A program made the translations under genes and the position numbers. The notes under the pieces were generated by a model that ran no database searches, was not told the DNA's origin, and saw nothing but the letters and a program-made list of their open reading frames with translations. This document shows positions 27,665 through 37,294 of a stretch of 64,000 nucleotides of DNA, piece after piece. Where the stretch lies: positions 36,448 to 100,447 of IMG/VR virus record IMGVR_UViG_3300005976_000005; one strand, 5' to 3'. Within the stretch, counting starts at the first letter, position 1. Each line of letters opens with the position of its first letter. Origin of the DNA: a virus.

Positions 27665-28501
27665 TTACTTTTGAAGATTTTCGCTCTCTTTGAGAATAAG
27701 CTCGATTACTTTACTAATCCTACTAACAAGAGGAATCACAGCATCGATTGGGTCCTTACTGAGATTGTCCGCGTACTTCTTGACATACTCATAGGTATTC
27801 TTGGTTCCTGCCTTCAGTCCAAACATTCTCATAAGTACAGAAGCTCCGAACTCTGCGACGATCTCCTGGACTTCGTCCTGACCAGTCTTAATTTTTCCCT
27901 GAACTTTGGCATCGGCAACATGAGCTAATTCGTGGAAAAATGTCTGTTGGTTATCAGTCGCCATAACGATTTCTCCTTTTTCAGGAGAAAAGTAAGCATA
28001 AAACGATGGGTTATCGAAAGTCTGCTTGACTTTGATACCCCACTTCTCAGCGACTTCCTTACACATGAACTCAGGTAAATCTTTATCGATTTTGTAGTCG
28101 ACTTCCTTACCTTCAGTCTTCTCAACAGGCCAGACGGGAATTGGTTTGAAGCCAACCAGGATTACCTTTTTCTTTTCCTTTCCGTTACTGTCAAGAATAG
28201 GATTTCCGTTTTCATCCTTCTCAGGAATCTGAAACATCTTTGGAGCAATGATACAGAATGATCCACCCTTCATTACCTTACGTCCAATTTTGAACCAGCT
28301 TTTAACACCCCTCGCATCAAAAGTATTGTGTCTCATCATAATAAGACGGTTGAGTACACTCCAGTTGTCGGAAGGAATGTCCCGACCACGACGAAACATT
28401 GACTTTGCGATTGTCTCAAGAGACTCAGGCTCCTTGAACATTTCAATGAGTCCGTTAATCTCAGCACGGACTTTGTCGTTAGTTAGCATTGATCTTGCCA
28501 T
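27665..28501 (-). CDS. ArdC-like ssDNA-binding / zincin protein
   Basis: WSVLNR, W.KIGRKV.KG..IIAP N-domain; FFHELAH and EIVAE metallopeptidase-like domain. Confidence 0.7.
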   Translation of the reverse strand: MARSMLTNDKVRAEINGLIEMFKEPESLETIAKSMFRRGRDIPSDNWSVLNRLIMMRHNTFDARGVKSWFKIGRKVMKGGSFCIIAPKMFQIPEKDENGNPILDSNGKEKKKVILVGFKPIPVWPVEKTEGKEVDYKIDKDLPEFMCKEVAEKWGIKVKQTFDNPSFYAYFSPEKGEIVMATDNQQTFFHELAHVADAKVQGKIKTGQDEVQEIVAEFGASVLMRMFGLKAGTKNTYEYVKKYADNLSKDPIDAVIPLVSRISKVIELILKESENLQK

Positions 28502-28528
28502 TGGGAATTCTTTCTTTTGATTACATAT

Positions 28529-28569
28529 ATAATATAATCAATTACGCAGTATTTGTCAAGAGTTTTCTT
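28529..28569 (-). promoter_or_regulatory. early promoter, copy A of a 41-bp near-repeat
   Basis: TTGACA 28559-28554, 17 nt, TATATT 28536-28531. Confidence 0.75.
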
Positions 28570-28948
28570 TGCGAACTTCTAAAATTCTTCTCACGATCTC
28601 AATAAATCTCTCTGGCTTCATCTTGCTTGTAACATGAGGCTCAACAACATTAATCAGTGACTGAGGAGCCTCTAGTCCATTCTTCTCAATGAATGACTTG
28701 ATTGCTTTCTTCCTTGATTCTATGAGCTGAGGACCACGATTGTTGATTGTACCATTCTGTATGGATTTCTTCTCTATCTTTTTTATCAGACCGAGCTTAT
28801 TAGCTTCTGAAAAATGACGACAGTTCTTACGAAAACCAAATCCAGCACAAGAACAACTATTCTTAGTGATAGTATATTTCTTTCCACTTGTGCTGGTACA
28901 GACCACGGCATTACCATCAATCTCGAATGAGTCTTTGTTTTCGTTCAT
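28556..28948 (-). CDS. SWIM zinc-finger protein
   Basis: CSCAGFGFRKNCRHF; start refined to MNENK directly after a promoter. Confidence 0.75.
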   Translation of the reverse strand: MNENKDSFEIDGNAVVCTSTSGKKYTITKNSCSCAGFGFRKNCRHFSEANKLGLIKKIEKKSIQNGTINNRGPQLIESRKKAIKSFIEKNGLEAPQSLINVVEPHVTSKMKPERFIEIVRRILEVRKENS

Positions 28949-28952
28949 ACAT

Positions 28953-28993
28953 ATAATATAATCAATTACGAAGTCATTGTCAATAGTTTTCTT
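28953..28993 (-). promoter_or_regulatory. early promoter, copy B (37/41 identical to copy A)
   Basis: TTGACA 28983-28978, 17 nt, TATATT 28960-28955. Confidence 0.75.
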
Positions 28994-29057
28994 CAACTCT
29001 TTTCTTAGGCTTCCATATAAAATGTTAGGGAAGGACCGAAGTCCTCCCCTATTACAA

Positions 29058-29690
29058 TCACAACTCATCAATCATACTCATACCAGTTTTGACAAACATG
29101 TCTATCCTTTTATTCAAAATATTTCCAGATTGGATTGCTCCATCGATTTCTTCTATAATTTCATCTACACCATCCAATCCTTTATTGACCTGGAAATATC
29201 CAACCAAATCATCGTACTTCTGAACTGATTGAGCAACTTTTTCGCACACATCTTCTGCGATAACGATCTGAGTTTCAAATTGTTCTTGTTTATCTCTTAT
29301 CTTGTCTTTCAAGATATTTCTCAAATTTTCAGTTTTGTTTTCGTTGGCTCTCCTTGTAAGCAATTTGAAAAGATGGGAACCGTCTGATTTACATTTATTA
29401 ACAGTCCTAACCAATGATTTGTGTTTAGACTTTATACTATCTAAACGAGATTCAAGCCTTATAATGTTCTGATCGGCAAGATTTTTTTCAGAAATGTATT
29501 CTTTCATTTGCGTATAAGCATCTTTGATTTCTTCTCTTGTTTCTTCTGATTGATCTTTGGTTTCTGTTAGAGAAGTGCCTAATGATTGTTTAGCCAAATT
29601 AATCAAAGACAAATTTACTTCTCCTCCACAACCAACCATAGAGATAAGAAAACAAGACACCATCAACAACATAACAAGACGCTTCTTCAT
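29058..29690 (-). CDS. putative lipoprotein, coiled-coil
   Basis: Basic N-terminus, hydrophobic core, lipobox-like MVGC. Confidence 0.7.
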   Translation of the reverse strand: MKKRLVMLLMVSCFLISMVGCGGEVNLSLINLAKQSLGTSLTETKDQSEETREEIKDAYTQMKEYISEKNLADQNIIRLESRLDSIKSKHKSLVRTVNKCKSDGSHLFKLLTRRANENKTENLRNILKDKIRDKQEQFETQIVIAEDVCEKVAQSVQKYDDLVGYFQVNKGLDGVDEIIEEIDGAIQSGNILNKRIDMFVKTGMSMIDEL

Positions 29691-29735
29691 ACGTCAACTC
29701 CTTTGATAAGATTAAAGATTGTTTAGTCTACTTTT

Positions 29736-29764
29736 AATATAATATATTCTAAAATAATTGTCAA
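29736..29764 (-). promoter_or_regulatory. early promoter
   Basis: TTGACA 29764-29759, 17 nt, TATATT 29741-29736. Confidence 0.7.
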
Positions 29765-29819
29765 GAAGTATAAATACATTTAGAAGTTAGAAGACATCAT
29801 AGATTTCCTTTCTACATAT

Positions 29820-29848
29820 AATATAATGAATGTCAGACGAAATGTCAA
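29820..29848 (-). promoter_or_regulatory. early promoter
   Basis: TTGACA 29848-29843, 17 nt, TATATT 29825-29820. Confidence 0.7.
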
Positions 29849-29857
29849 TACCTGATT

Positions 29858-30085
29858 TCAGATATTCAACATTTCATCATAGTCCAAAATAAGTCCGATA
29901 TAATTATCAACGTGGTTCTGGTATTTGTCCACAAATTCCGAAAAGGAATTATAAAGCTCAAGACACTCCATTGCCTTATTTTCATCACGGAGAATCATTT
30001 CGATTCCTTTCTTTTGATTTGGTTGTAGACCAGAGCCATTAGGTTGGCTGAAAAGAAAAGTATTGAGGCAGTTAATGCTTACCAC
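29858..30085 (-). CDS. small hypothetical protein (start uncertain)
   Basis: Probable start MILRDEN after AAGG SD. Confidence 0.45.
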   Translation of the reverse strand: MVSINCLNTFLFSQPNGSGLQPNQKKGIEMILRDENKAMECLELYNSFSEFVDKYQNHVDNYIGLILDYDEMLNI

Positions 30086-30179
30086 TTCCCGTCCAGATTA
30101 CCTACAATCATGAAGAACGAAGCAGTGACAAGCATACATCTGATAAGAGTCTTCATTGAAATCTCCTCCATTCATCTAT

Positions 30180-30218
30180 AATATAATGTATGGAGAGAAG
30201 ATTGTCAATAGTTTTCTT
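30180..30218 (-). promoter_or_regulatory. early promoter with GAAGAAAACTA upstream element
   Basis: TTGACA 30208-30203, 17 nt, TATATT 30185-30180. Confidence 0.75.
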
Positions 30219-30233
30219 CAAAAAAATATAAAT

Positions 30234-30728
30234 TTATGAATTCTGATTGTGAGGCATCTCATCCTTTATTAATTCACGACAATGCGTAAGCACAAAACCC
30301 AATCTATTTTGACCTTGCCACTGAGACATATCATTAGCTCTTGGGTCTTCCTTTCTTAGACCTATTCCCCAAACTCGGTCATATGGAGAAGCTTCTACGA
30401 GTATCGTATCTCCTGTGCTTAGTAAAGCTTCTCTATGCTTTTCATTTTGGCTGAACTTTAGTAAGTTTCCATCAAGCACTATCATCGTGGAATAGGTATC
30501 CCAAATAGTCTGATTGAAGTTCTTTACTTGTCTTCCCAGGTCTTTTTGCTCTCTTGGAGAAGTAGTTGACATAATCTTCTTGAATGTCTCACTATCACTA
30601 AAAAGTAATGCTTTCTGGGCCATCATGTACTGCTCGGCACAGTTATACATCAAACCACTCAAGTCAGCGAATGGTGAAGTACTCCATTGCGTCAGGTACT
30701 TATCTTGCCAAAAAAATGTAAACTTCAT
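30234..30728 (-). CDS. NADAR-family protein
   Basis: AEQYMMAQKALLF, LGRQV, KFSQN, LVEASPYDRVWGIG, G.NRLG..L. Confidence 0.92.
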   Translation of the reverse strand: MKFTFFWQDKYLTQWSTSPFADLSGLMYNCAEQYMMAQKALLFSDSETFKKIMSTTSPREQKDLGRQVKNFNQTIWDTYSTMIVLDGNLLKFSQNEKHREALLSTGDTILVEASPYDRVWGIGLRKEDPRANDMSQWQGQNRLGFVLTHCRELIKDEMPHNQNS

Positions 30729-30834
30729 ATTATTCCTCTCAACAAATCTCTGATTGTTGTGTTGTGGTTGTTTTACTTTCAACTTTTTTTCTTTCCAAAA
30801 AAGAAATTGTCAACTTTGTCAAGCAAATCTTTTA

Positions 30835-31422
30835 TCATATGATATCTCCATTACGAGCGAAGTAATCAAGAACAATCCAAGCCTTGGCACTAAACTTCTT
30901 ATTTGGTTCTTCAAGTAAATTGATTACATCTCGCTGGCTCATTACGAACGCTTCTATATCTTCCGATGATTCTAGGAATTCACTACTAACATCACCTTCA
31001 CATTCAACATAAACCATAGACACAGATTCGTCTGTCATACCAGCAGAACTGTAAATGTAAGGACTGTGTTTTATGACTCTTCTAACTTTCAAACCAGTCT
31101 CTTCCGTTAGTTCTCTTTTAGCCGCTTCTATTGGACTCTCCCCTTCATTGACAAGACCAGCAGGAAATCCATACTCAAAGTCATTGAGTGGTATTCTTTT
31201 CTCTTTTATCACAACAATTCCCAGATTTCTTTTGTACCCAGTTTCGGTCCACGGTGGAACAAAACCTCGATCAACTACGGCCACTATCACAACAGCTTTC
31301 ACTCCACCGGGACGTTGACACCAGACCCAATGCTTGGTGTTGCCAAGATTATCCTCATACTCAGTGTTATTGAATTTGAGAAAAGGTGTTTCTGAAATGA
31401 CTTTATTATCTTTGATTCTCAT
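30835..31422 (-). CDS. Nudix hydrolase (ADP-ribose pyrophosphatase-like)
   Basis: FPAGLVNEGESPIEAAKRELTEETG Nudix box, SAGMTDE. Confidence 0.92.
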   Translation of the reverse strand: MRIKDNKVISETPFLKFNNTEYEDNLGNTKHWVWCQRPGGVKAVVIVAVVDRGFVPPWTETGYKRNLGIVVIKEKRIPLNDFEYGFPAGLVNEGESPIEAAKRELTEETGLKVRRVIKHSPYIYSSAGMTDESVSMVYVECEGDVSSEFLESSEDIEAFVMSQRDVINLLEEPNKKFSAKAWIVLDYFARNGDII

Positions 31423-31716
31423 TACTTCTCCTGAATGTAAAGCGAATTTTTTGTAACATACCTAACTATCTTAGGACTTGTCAATAATGCTGCCAAATTG
31501 AAGTATCCTTTACTAAACATTCCCCTAAGATATGTAGAACTAAACCAGCATCCATCAAGAGAGATAAACTTGTGTGGATTCTTTTTTATACCAATCTTGA
31601 TAGAACAATTATTTTCCTTTGCTGTTTGTACTATTAGCTATACATCCGTCAGCAATATCTTTATGGGATATTGTTGGTGGATTAAAAGAGCCTCCAAATA
31701 TTCCAACTTTTTTCAT
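31422..31716 (-). pseudogene. nadD: nadD/NMNAT-like adenylyltransferase remnant with internal deletion and frameshift
   Basis: MKKVGIFGGSFNPPTISH then, in another frame, SSTYLR...IVRYVTKNSLY; terminal TAA overlaps Nudix ATG. Confidence 0.75.
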
Positions 31717-31726
31717 CTCAATTTCC

Positions 31727-32038
31727 TTATGGAAGGACTATTCCACCCTTTGTTCTTTGTCCACCAGGCATTCCCGGTTTTCCACCTTGTAGCACAGAAA
31801 CAATCTGATTGAAGTTCTGATTGAGTACATTTGTATTGTGAGAGTTAATCTGTACCATCTGAGATATTGATGCGAAATCTTCGAAAAGAAAATCGACTGC
31901 TTTTTTCAAATCACCCTTTGTTACCGGCTCATCTGGATTTGAATTCAAGTCTTCGTAAAATTCTTCCCATTCTTTCTTTCTCTTCTCAGCGTACTCCTTC
32001 ATTTCTTCTTCAGTCATCTGATTTTTTTCTTCAGCCAT
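31727..32038 (-). CDS. hypothetical protein
   Basis: 103 aa ORF with GGAG SD. Confidence 0.7.
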   Translation of the reverse strand: MAEEKNQMTEEEMKEYAEKRKKEWEEFYEDLNSNPDEPVTKGDLKKAVDFLFEDFASISQMVQINSHNTNVLNQNFNQIVSVLQGGKPGMPGGQRTKGGIVLP

Positions 32039-32253
32039 TTTAACTCCTTATTTCATTATGAGGTTTCTTGGAAACAAACTACCAATCTTTATGAAAGCAA
32101 CGATTTTCTTGTGATATAGAAAGGCCAATCTCTCTTGAACTGGGAGCTTTCCATCCTGGTAATAACGGGGTGCGACCTGAGCTTTTCAATCTTATCTTTG
32201 ACAGTTAGATATTTCATGTAAATCTTCCTTTCAAAATTTTTCAATCTTGTTTA

Positions 32254-32826
32254 TCAAAGTTTGGCCACAGCAATAAGCGCACCAGCTTTCTTCATACGTG
32301 CAATAGACTTTTCTCTATTGTCAATATCGTTACAGAAAATACCGTTCTCCATATCCATCCATGTGATTGCGTTCTTGAAAATATAAACTCGAATACCTCT
32401 CTTGAGCAATCCCAAGACAGCAGCTTCCACACAGATGTTTCCAACAACGCCATATACCCAAGCTTCTGTCACGTTGTTTTCCTTCAACCATCTATCGACC
32501 TTCTTATTACCAAGGCTCGAATCAAACACATCATAAGTCTGCTTCTCGAAGATGACAGCATTCTTACACGAAGTTTCTCGAATACTTGCGGCACCTTCAG
32601 TGCCACTCATACAGTGCCACGGAAAAGGCCCTCCATTGGCTTTCATTTCTGGCTCAGTCCCGTCATGTGAGTCATTGAATTTGAGAATTGGAATTTTTTG
32701 GCTCTTAGCGAATTTTGTTATCTTCGCAAGAGTAGGACGGATTTCGTCGGCATCAGGGACGGGCAGTGCTCCACCCTCGAAAAAGTCACCAAGGGTGTCA
32801 ACGTCAACAAAGACCTTCATAAACAA
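32254..32826 (-). CDS. pncA: nicotinamidase / isochorismatase-family hydrolase
   Basis: VDVD..DF..GGALPV, DSH, PWHC..GT.GA, IFEK, GNICV. Confidence 0.85.
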   Translation of the reverse strand: MFMKVFVDVDTLGDFFEGGALPVPDADEIRPTLAKITKFAKSQKIPILKFNDSHDGTEPEMKANGGPFPWHCMSGTEGAASIRETSCKNAVIFEKQTYDVFDSSLGNKKVDRWLKENNVTEAWVYGVVGNICVEAAVLGLLKRGIRVYIFKNAITWMDMENGIFCNDIDNREKSIARMKKAGALIAVAKL

Positions 32827-32849
32827 CTCCTTTTTGATTGTTCAATTAT

Positions 32850-32878
32850 AATATAACATATTACCGGATGTGTGTTAA
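32850..32878 (-). promoter_or_regulatory. early promoter variant
   Basis: TTAACA 32878-32873, 17 nt, TATATT 32855-32850. Confidence 0.55.
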
Positions 32879-33132
32879 GATATCAATTCAAAATACTTTT
32901 TGATGACTTTTGTTATTGTAGCCCAAAAAGCGATGCTCTCAGTCCTCTTAGCAGATTTTATTCTATTATCCACAAACCTTATGGCACTTTCTAAGGACAT
33001 TGTTTCTCTCAATAATCCTTTTATTATTCTTTCAAGCTGATTAGCCAATGTCTCATCTGGGGTTTTACTTTGTAGTTCAGCAAGTTCTTTCATCATATCA
33101 AAGAACTCAAGCTTCTTCTCTTTATTCCTCAT
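32875..33132 (-). CDS. hypothetical protein
   Basis: 85 aa ORF. Confidence 0.6.
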   Translation of the reverse strand: MRNKEKKLEFFDMMKELAELQSKTPDETLANQLERIIKGLLRETMSLESAIRFVDNRIKSAKRTESIAFWATITKVIKKYFELIS

Positions 33133-33487
33133 AGTAAGGATTTACCTCTCTATCAAATTGGTTCTCTGTGTCGTAAGTCTTCCAATGAGAATTGTTCGCA
33201 TTACCCATACAATTGTTCGGATCAAACATACGACATACTCCAAACCTGTCATTGTATATCGTACAAACGCCACTATATTCGTTTATCTTATCATAATACT
33301 TACAATCATCATTTACAATAATAGCCCACTCGTTTTTCTCATTTACAGCCAAACTCATATTCTTATGAGCTATTATCCACTTACAGTAGTCAATAGTGTG
33401 TCCATCCATTATGTTTGGTTGTGGTATTGGTATTGCCACGAACTGACAGCATTTACCACACTTATTACATTTCTTCGTCAATCTCAT
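33122..33487 (-). CDS. YkgJ-like cysteine-cluster protein
   Basis: CNKCGKCC, CKYYD...CTIYNDR..VCRMF. Confidence 0.75.
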   Translation of the reverse strand: MRLTKKCNKCGKCCQFVAIPIPQPNIMDGHTIDYCKWIIAHKNMSLAVNEKNEWAIIVNDDCKYYDKINEYSGVCTIYNDRFGVCRMFDPNNCMGNANNSHWKTYDTENQFDREVNPYYEE

Positions 33488-33833
33488 CTACTCCTAATTC
33501 TGCCGCATATTTCTTTTGATTCTGTTTCTCTTCTTCAAAATGTGAATCACAGAGAGTTCTCTTCCAATCGAGAGAGCCTCTATATTTTCCAGGCTCTCCA
33601 CAAAATTCACAAACTGTATAAGATTTATCTTCACATTCTCTAATAACTTCATACATTTCTTCTGTTGGTTTATCTATCCAGATTCGCAGACCTCCAAACT
33701 TTTCTTTGATGTCAAGTATATTGACTTCAATATCCTCAGACAACGCAGCAATCTTTGTTATCATTTCTTCTATGATAGGATACCACCCTTCACCAACATG
33801 CCAATCGTTGTAGTTATATCTATATCTTACCAT
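33465..33833 (-). CDS. conserved phage hypothetical protein
   Basis: IKEKFGGLR, SYTVCEFCG..G, TLC..H. Confidence 0.7.
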   Translation of the reverse strand: MVRYRYNYNDWHVGEGWYPIIEEMITKIAALSEDIEVNILDIKEKFGGLRIWIDKPTEEMYEVIRECEDKSYTVCEFCGEPGKYRGSLDWKRTLCDSHFEEEKQNQKKYAAELGVDEIDEEM

Positions 33834-34038
33834 TTATTGATTCCTCTTTTTGTAACTTCATCTCTTGAGTCATGGCAGCTAACATTGTTGATAAGTCAAC
33901 CAAAGATGTATCCCAAACAGTAACTCCACCACCAACTTCATCTGAATAATAAATTCTTCCACCAACTTTATTATCATCCCAAAAAAGATAACACCCATTT
34001 GGTAAATCAATTCTATTATTCACCTTCTTCATCCTCAT
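33820..34038 (-). CDS. hypothetical protein
   Basis: 72 aa ORF. Confidence 0.6.
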   Translation of the reverse strand: MRMKKVNNRIDLPNGCYLFWDDNKVGGRIYYSDEVGGGVTVWDTSLVDLSTMLAAMTQEMKLQKEESINGKI

Positions 34039-34591
34039 CGTCTTTTAGATTCTCAATGTAATCCATCATTTCATCAACTGACTTGAATGACTTTCCTCTT
34101 TCTTCAGTCATATTCTCAATCTCTTTAACCTGGTTTTTCAAACCTTCAAGAGTCTCCTGAATTTCATCCTCATCATAACTAATAAATGTCATTTCCCAAA
34201 GACAACGAGCAACAATATCTGCTTTCATAAGTTGAATATTATTAGCAGTGTTCTCGTCAATTTCCATATTCAACCACTCACTCCAATTACTGAACTCAAG
34301 AGCACATTCTTCACTAGAGTTCGGAAAGAGTTCTGCGTCTTCAGTATCCTTATGAAGAGTTCCATTCCTACCGAAAACATTCCAATACCCTTCCTCAATC
34401 AAGTTCCCATCTGGTTCAACAAACTCAATACAGATTCTCATTTTAGTATCTTCATAAGATTCATAATTGATTAGTTTGAAGTAAGCATCTCTATAAGATT
34501 CTAATGAATCATCACTAATGTCAAAGTTTGACTTTAGAGAATTTGCTACACTATCCCAATCTGTATCTGAAATCAATTCCTTAAACTTCAT
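34016..34591 (-). CDS. hypothetical acidic protein
   Basis: 191 aa ORF. Confidence 0.7.
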   Translation of the reverse strand: MKFKELISDTDWDSVANSLKSNFDISDDSLESYRDAYFKLINYESYEDTKMRICIEFVEPDGNLIEEGYWNVFGRNGTLHKDTEDAELFPNSSEECALEFSNWSEWLNMEIDENTANNIQLMKADIVARCLWEMTFISYDEDEIQETLEGLKNQVKEIENMTEERGKSFKSVDEMMDYIENLKDDEDEEGE

Positions 34592-34883
34592 TGTTTTTGC
34601 TAAGCCTCTCGATTGATTTTATACCAAGTTCCATCTTCTGCCTTGCTGATGTGTTAGCAGAGTGGACTTTTATTACAGGTGGCTTGAATTCATCTAAAGC
34701 AACAGCCATTTCAATCCATCTAATTACATCATAACCAGTTCCTCTTTCGTCGTCACCAAGGTCATGATCCAAACTAATCTCTGTAACTTTGTTTGTCTTC
34801 AACAGTTCTATTGCTTCATCAGGCCAGTAAACTCTCTTCCAGCCTTCTGGTGTTTGTCTCTCATCATCTAAAAATACCTTTAT
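34581..34883 (-). CDS. cyclic-phosphate-processing receiver-domain protein, probable ATA start
   Basis: Frame open to IKVFLDDERQTPEGW; ISLDHDLG, GTGYDV, HSAN. Confidence 0.75.
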   Translation of the reverse strand: MKVFLDDERQTPEGWKRVYWPDEAIELLKTNKVTEISLDHDLGDDERGTGYDVIRWIEMAVALDEFKPPVIKVHSANTSARQKMELGIKSIERLSKNNEV

Positions 34884-35209
34884 TTGTTTATTCCTCCATT
34901 TATCTTTCCAGCAATCTCAAACTGGCTCCACAAATGTCCAGCAAATCTACTCTTCTCTTCACCATCAACATAAATGATTGTTGTAGGCATGGCACTGACG
35001 TTAAGAGCTTTCTTTACTTCTGGAGTGTTTGTTATCTGGAAATAAGAAATTTCTTTTCCATGGCTCTCAAGTATTCTAATAGCTTGCCTTGCGTAGTTCA
35101 TAAACTTTCTACAAGGAGCAGTGTTGAATGCTACAAACAGAACCGAAGCACCTTCTTTCTTTATATCACTTGGACTTGTTATTTCTAAAATACTCATATA
35201 TTTTCCCAA
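34880..35209 (-). CDS. thioredoxin-fold protein lacking CxxC
   Basis: APCRKF, VSAMPTTIIYVDGEE. Confidence 0.65.
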   Translation of the reverse strand: MGKYMSILEITSPSDIKKEGASVLFVAFNTAPCRKFMNYARQAIRILESHGKEISYFQITNTPEVKKALNVSAMPTTIIYVDGEEKSRFAGHLWSQFEIAGKINGGINK

Positions 35210-35338
35210 TCCTTTGACTGTTAGTCCGAAGATAATGATAAAATCAGTCAGTGGCCAGACGATTGATCCAGCAATTGCTGAAAGGATATCCTCATCTTAT
35301 TACTATAATCAAAGTAATAGTAAATGTTCTCGATCATA

Positions 35339-37282
35339 TCAATCTCCAATCATTTTTATAAACTGATCCTCACTGAGAATCTTTGTTCCATAACTTCTTG
35401 CCTTGTTTGCTTTACTTGATGTAGAGTTTACATCTGCCATAACGAGATAGTCTGTGTCCTTTGACAATGAGCTTGGGCATTCCCCACCAACGGACTTTAC
35501 AAGTGTTTGAGCATCCTTTCTCTTTATATTTAGAGCACCAGTGAACACAACCTTCTTTCCACTGAAAGGATTGCCTGTATTGGAATTCTCTTCTCTTGAC
35601 TTTATATTTATTCCAACATCTAACAAATCTTCTATTATCTTAATCTTCTTCTGAAGACCTATAATAATTGCTCTTGCTGTTTCGATACCAATTCCCTTTA
35701 TCTCTGTCAACTCATACTCCTGAGCATTCATCATCTTCTTTAATGAGTCGAATCCATTCTTTTCGAGAAGCTCAGCAGTCTTACCAGAAAAGTTAGGAAT
35801 ATTCAAACCGGCAATGAACTCTGACAATGTAACTTCCTTCTTACTATTCAATGTCTCTATGATTCTACTAGCACTCCTTGTCTTGAATCCGTCAATCTCA
35901 CAAATGAGATGTGGCTCAAGTCTGTAAAGATCAGCTGGAGTCTTAACATAATCAGCATCATACAACTTCTCAAGAGTTGCCTCAGCGATTCCCTTGAGGT
36001 CTAACTTCTTCACCCACTTCTTCAAATTTCCAATCTGTCCACCCTTACATTTGTCATTCTTACAGACAAGGAAAACTCCATCCTCATATGCCTTTTCTCC
36101 ACAGACAGGACAGAATTCAGGGACCTCAAGCTTAGGTCCTCTCTCACAACCAGGATGGTCACTCAAGTTCTTCACAACCTTGGGAATGACATCATTGGCT
36201 CTCTCTATAAGAAGTATATCCCCTTCATGTAAATTAATACTTCTGAATATTTCCAAGTTGTGAACTGAAGCTCTCGAAACATTTACACCCATCAACTCAA
36301 CAGTATTCATAATAGCAACAGGAGTTATCCTTCCACTATTACCAAGTTGCCAAACAGAACTCTTTACTGGTGTTTTAGCCTTATCAGAAGTAAACTTCCA
36401 AGCAATCATTCCCTTCCAGTTCTCATGAAGCAATCCAAGGTTCTCAAGAATTTCAATTCTGTTTGGCTCTATTACAAGTCCATCTATTGCGTGGTCAAGA
36501 CCAGCACGAATCTCTTCCTCGTACTCATTATAAACAATCTTGGCTGTCTCTGCGTTACCTACAAAGTGTTTACATGTCTTCAATCCAAGATCATGCTCTA
36601 TAAAATCATATACATTTTTCTTTGTTGTGAAATCTCCACTTGCGTAGTAGTACTCAACATACAGATATTCGCAGTACTTACCATCATAGTTTCTTGCGAT
36701 ACCAGAAGCACCATTCCTTACATTCTGATATGTCCTTTCACCACGAGATTCACAAACAAGATTGACGGAATTGAAGTCATTATTCTTCAACATCACTTCA
36801 CCACGAAGACTTCCAGTATAAGGAATTGGAAGCTTCCGCTTTACGTTTTGCATCCTCAATACGTTGGTTGTTATATCCTCACCTATTGTACCATCACCAC
36901 GAGTTGTTGCTCTAATGAGATTACCCTTCTGATAATCCAATGACAATGATATTCCGTCGAGCTTTTCTGAAATAACAATGTCCTGCTCCATCAAACCAAC
37001 ATTGGACAACCACTTCATGAACTCATCAACAGTGTTGACTTTATTACACGATCTCATTGGAATGAGATGCTTTACCTTATTCCACTTTGTATTCACTGGT
37101 ACAGGAGCACCAATGGTTTTAATGAATGGATCATCTGGCCAATGTTCAGTGAACTCATCCTTGAGCTTATCAAACTCAGCATCAGACATTATACTAAAAG
37201 ACTTATTGTAGTACGCATCCGAAGCATTGATAAGTGCTCTTTTCATTTCTTCATACGACATTGATGGTTCACAGTCTATCAT
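35339..37282 (-). CDS. ligA: NAD-dependent DNA ligase
   Basis: EKLDG, TRGDG..GEDIT, RGEV, DGLVI, IAWKF, zinc finger, HhH and BRCT (VVFTG, KDTDYLV). Confidence 0.97.
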   Translation of the reverse strand: MIDCEPSMSYEEMKRALINASDAYYNKSFSIMSDAEFDKLKDEFTEHWPDDPFIKTIGAPVPVNTKWNKVKHLIPMRSCNKVNTVDEFMKWLSNVGLMEQDIVISEKLDGISLSLDYQKGNLIRATTRGDGTIGEDITTNVLRMQNVKRKLPIPYTGSLRGEVMLKNNDFNSVNLVCESRGERTYQNVRNGASGIARNYDGKYCEYLYVEYYYASGDFTTKKNVYDFIEHDLGLKTCKHFVGNAETAKIVYNEYEEEIRAGLDHAIDGLVIEPNRIEILENLGLLHENWKGMIAWKFTSDKAKTPVKSSVWQLGNSGRITPVAIMNTVELMGVNVSRASVHNLEIFRSINLHEGDILLIERANDVIPKVVKNLSDHPGCERGPKLEVPEFCPVCGEKAYEDGVFLVCKNDKCKGGQIGNLKKWVKKLDLKGIAEATLEKLYDADYVKTPADLYRLEPHLICEIDGFKTRSASRIIETLNSKKEVTLSEFIAGLNIPNFSGKTAELLEKNGFDSLKKMMNAQEYELTEIKGIGIETARAIIIGLQKKIKIIEDLLDVGINIKSREENSNTGNPFSGKKVVFTGALNIKRKDAQTLVKSVGGECPSSLSKDTDYLVMADVNSTSSKANKARSYGTKILSEDQFIKMIGD

Positions 37283-37294
37283 ATCGTGATCTCC

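Noticed and set aside
34880-35209. Active thioredoxin
   Set aside because: Only one Cys at the active-site position, so redox function is unsupported
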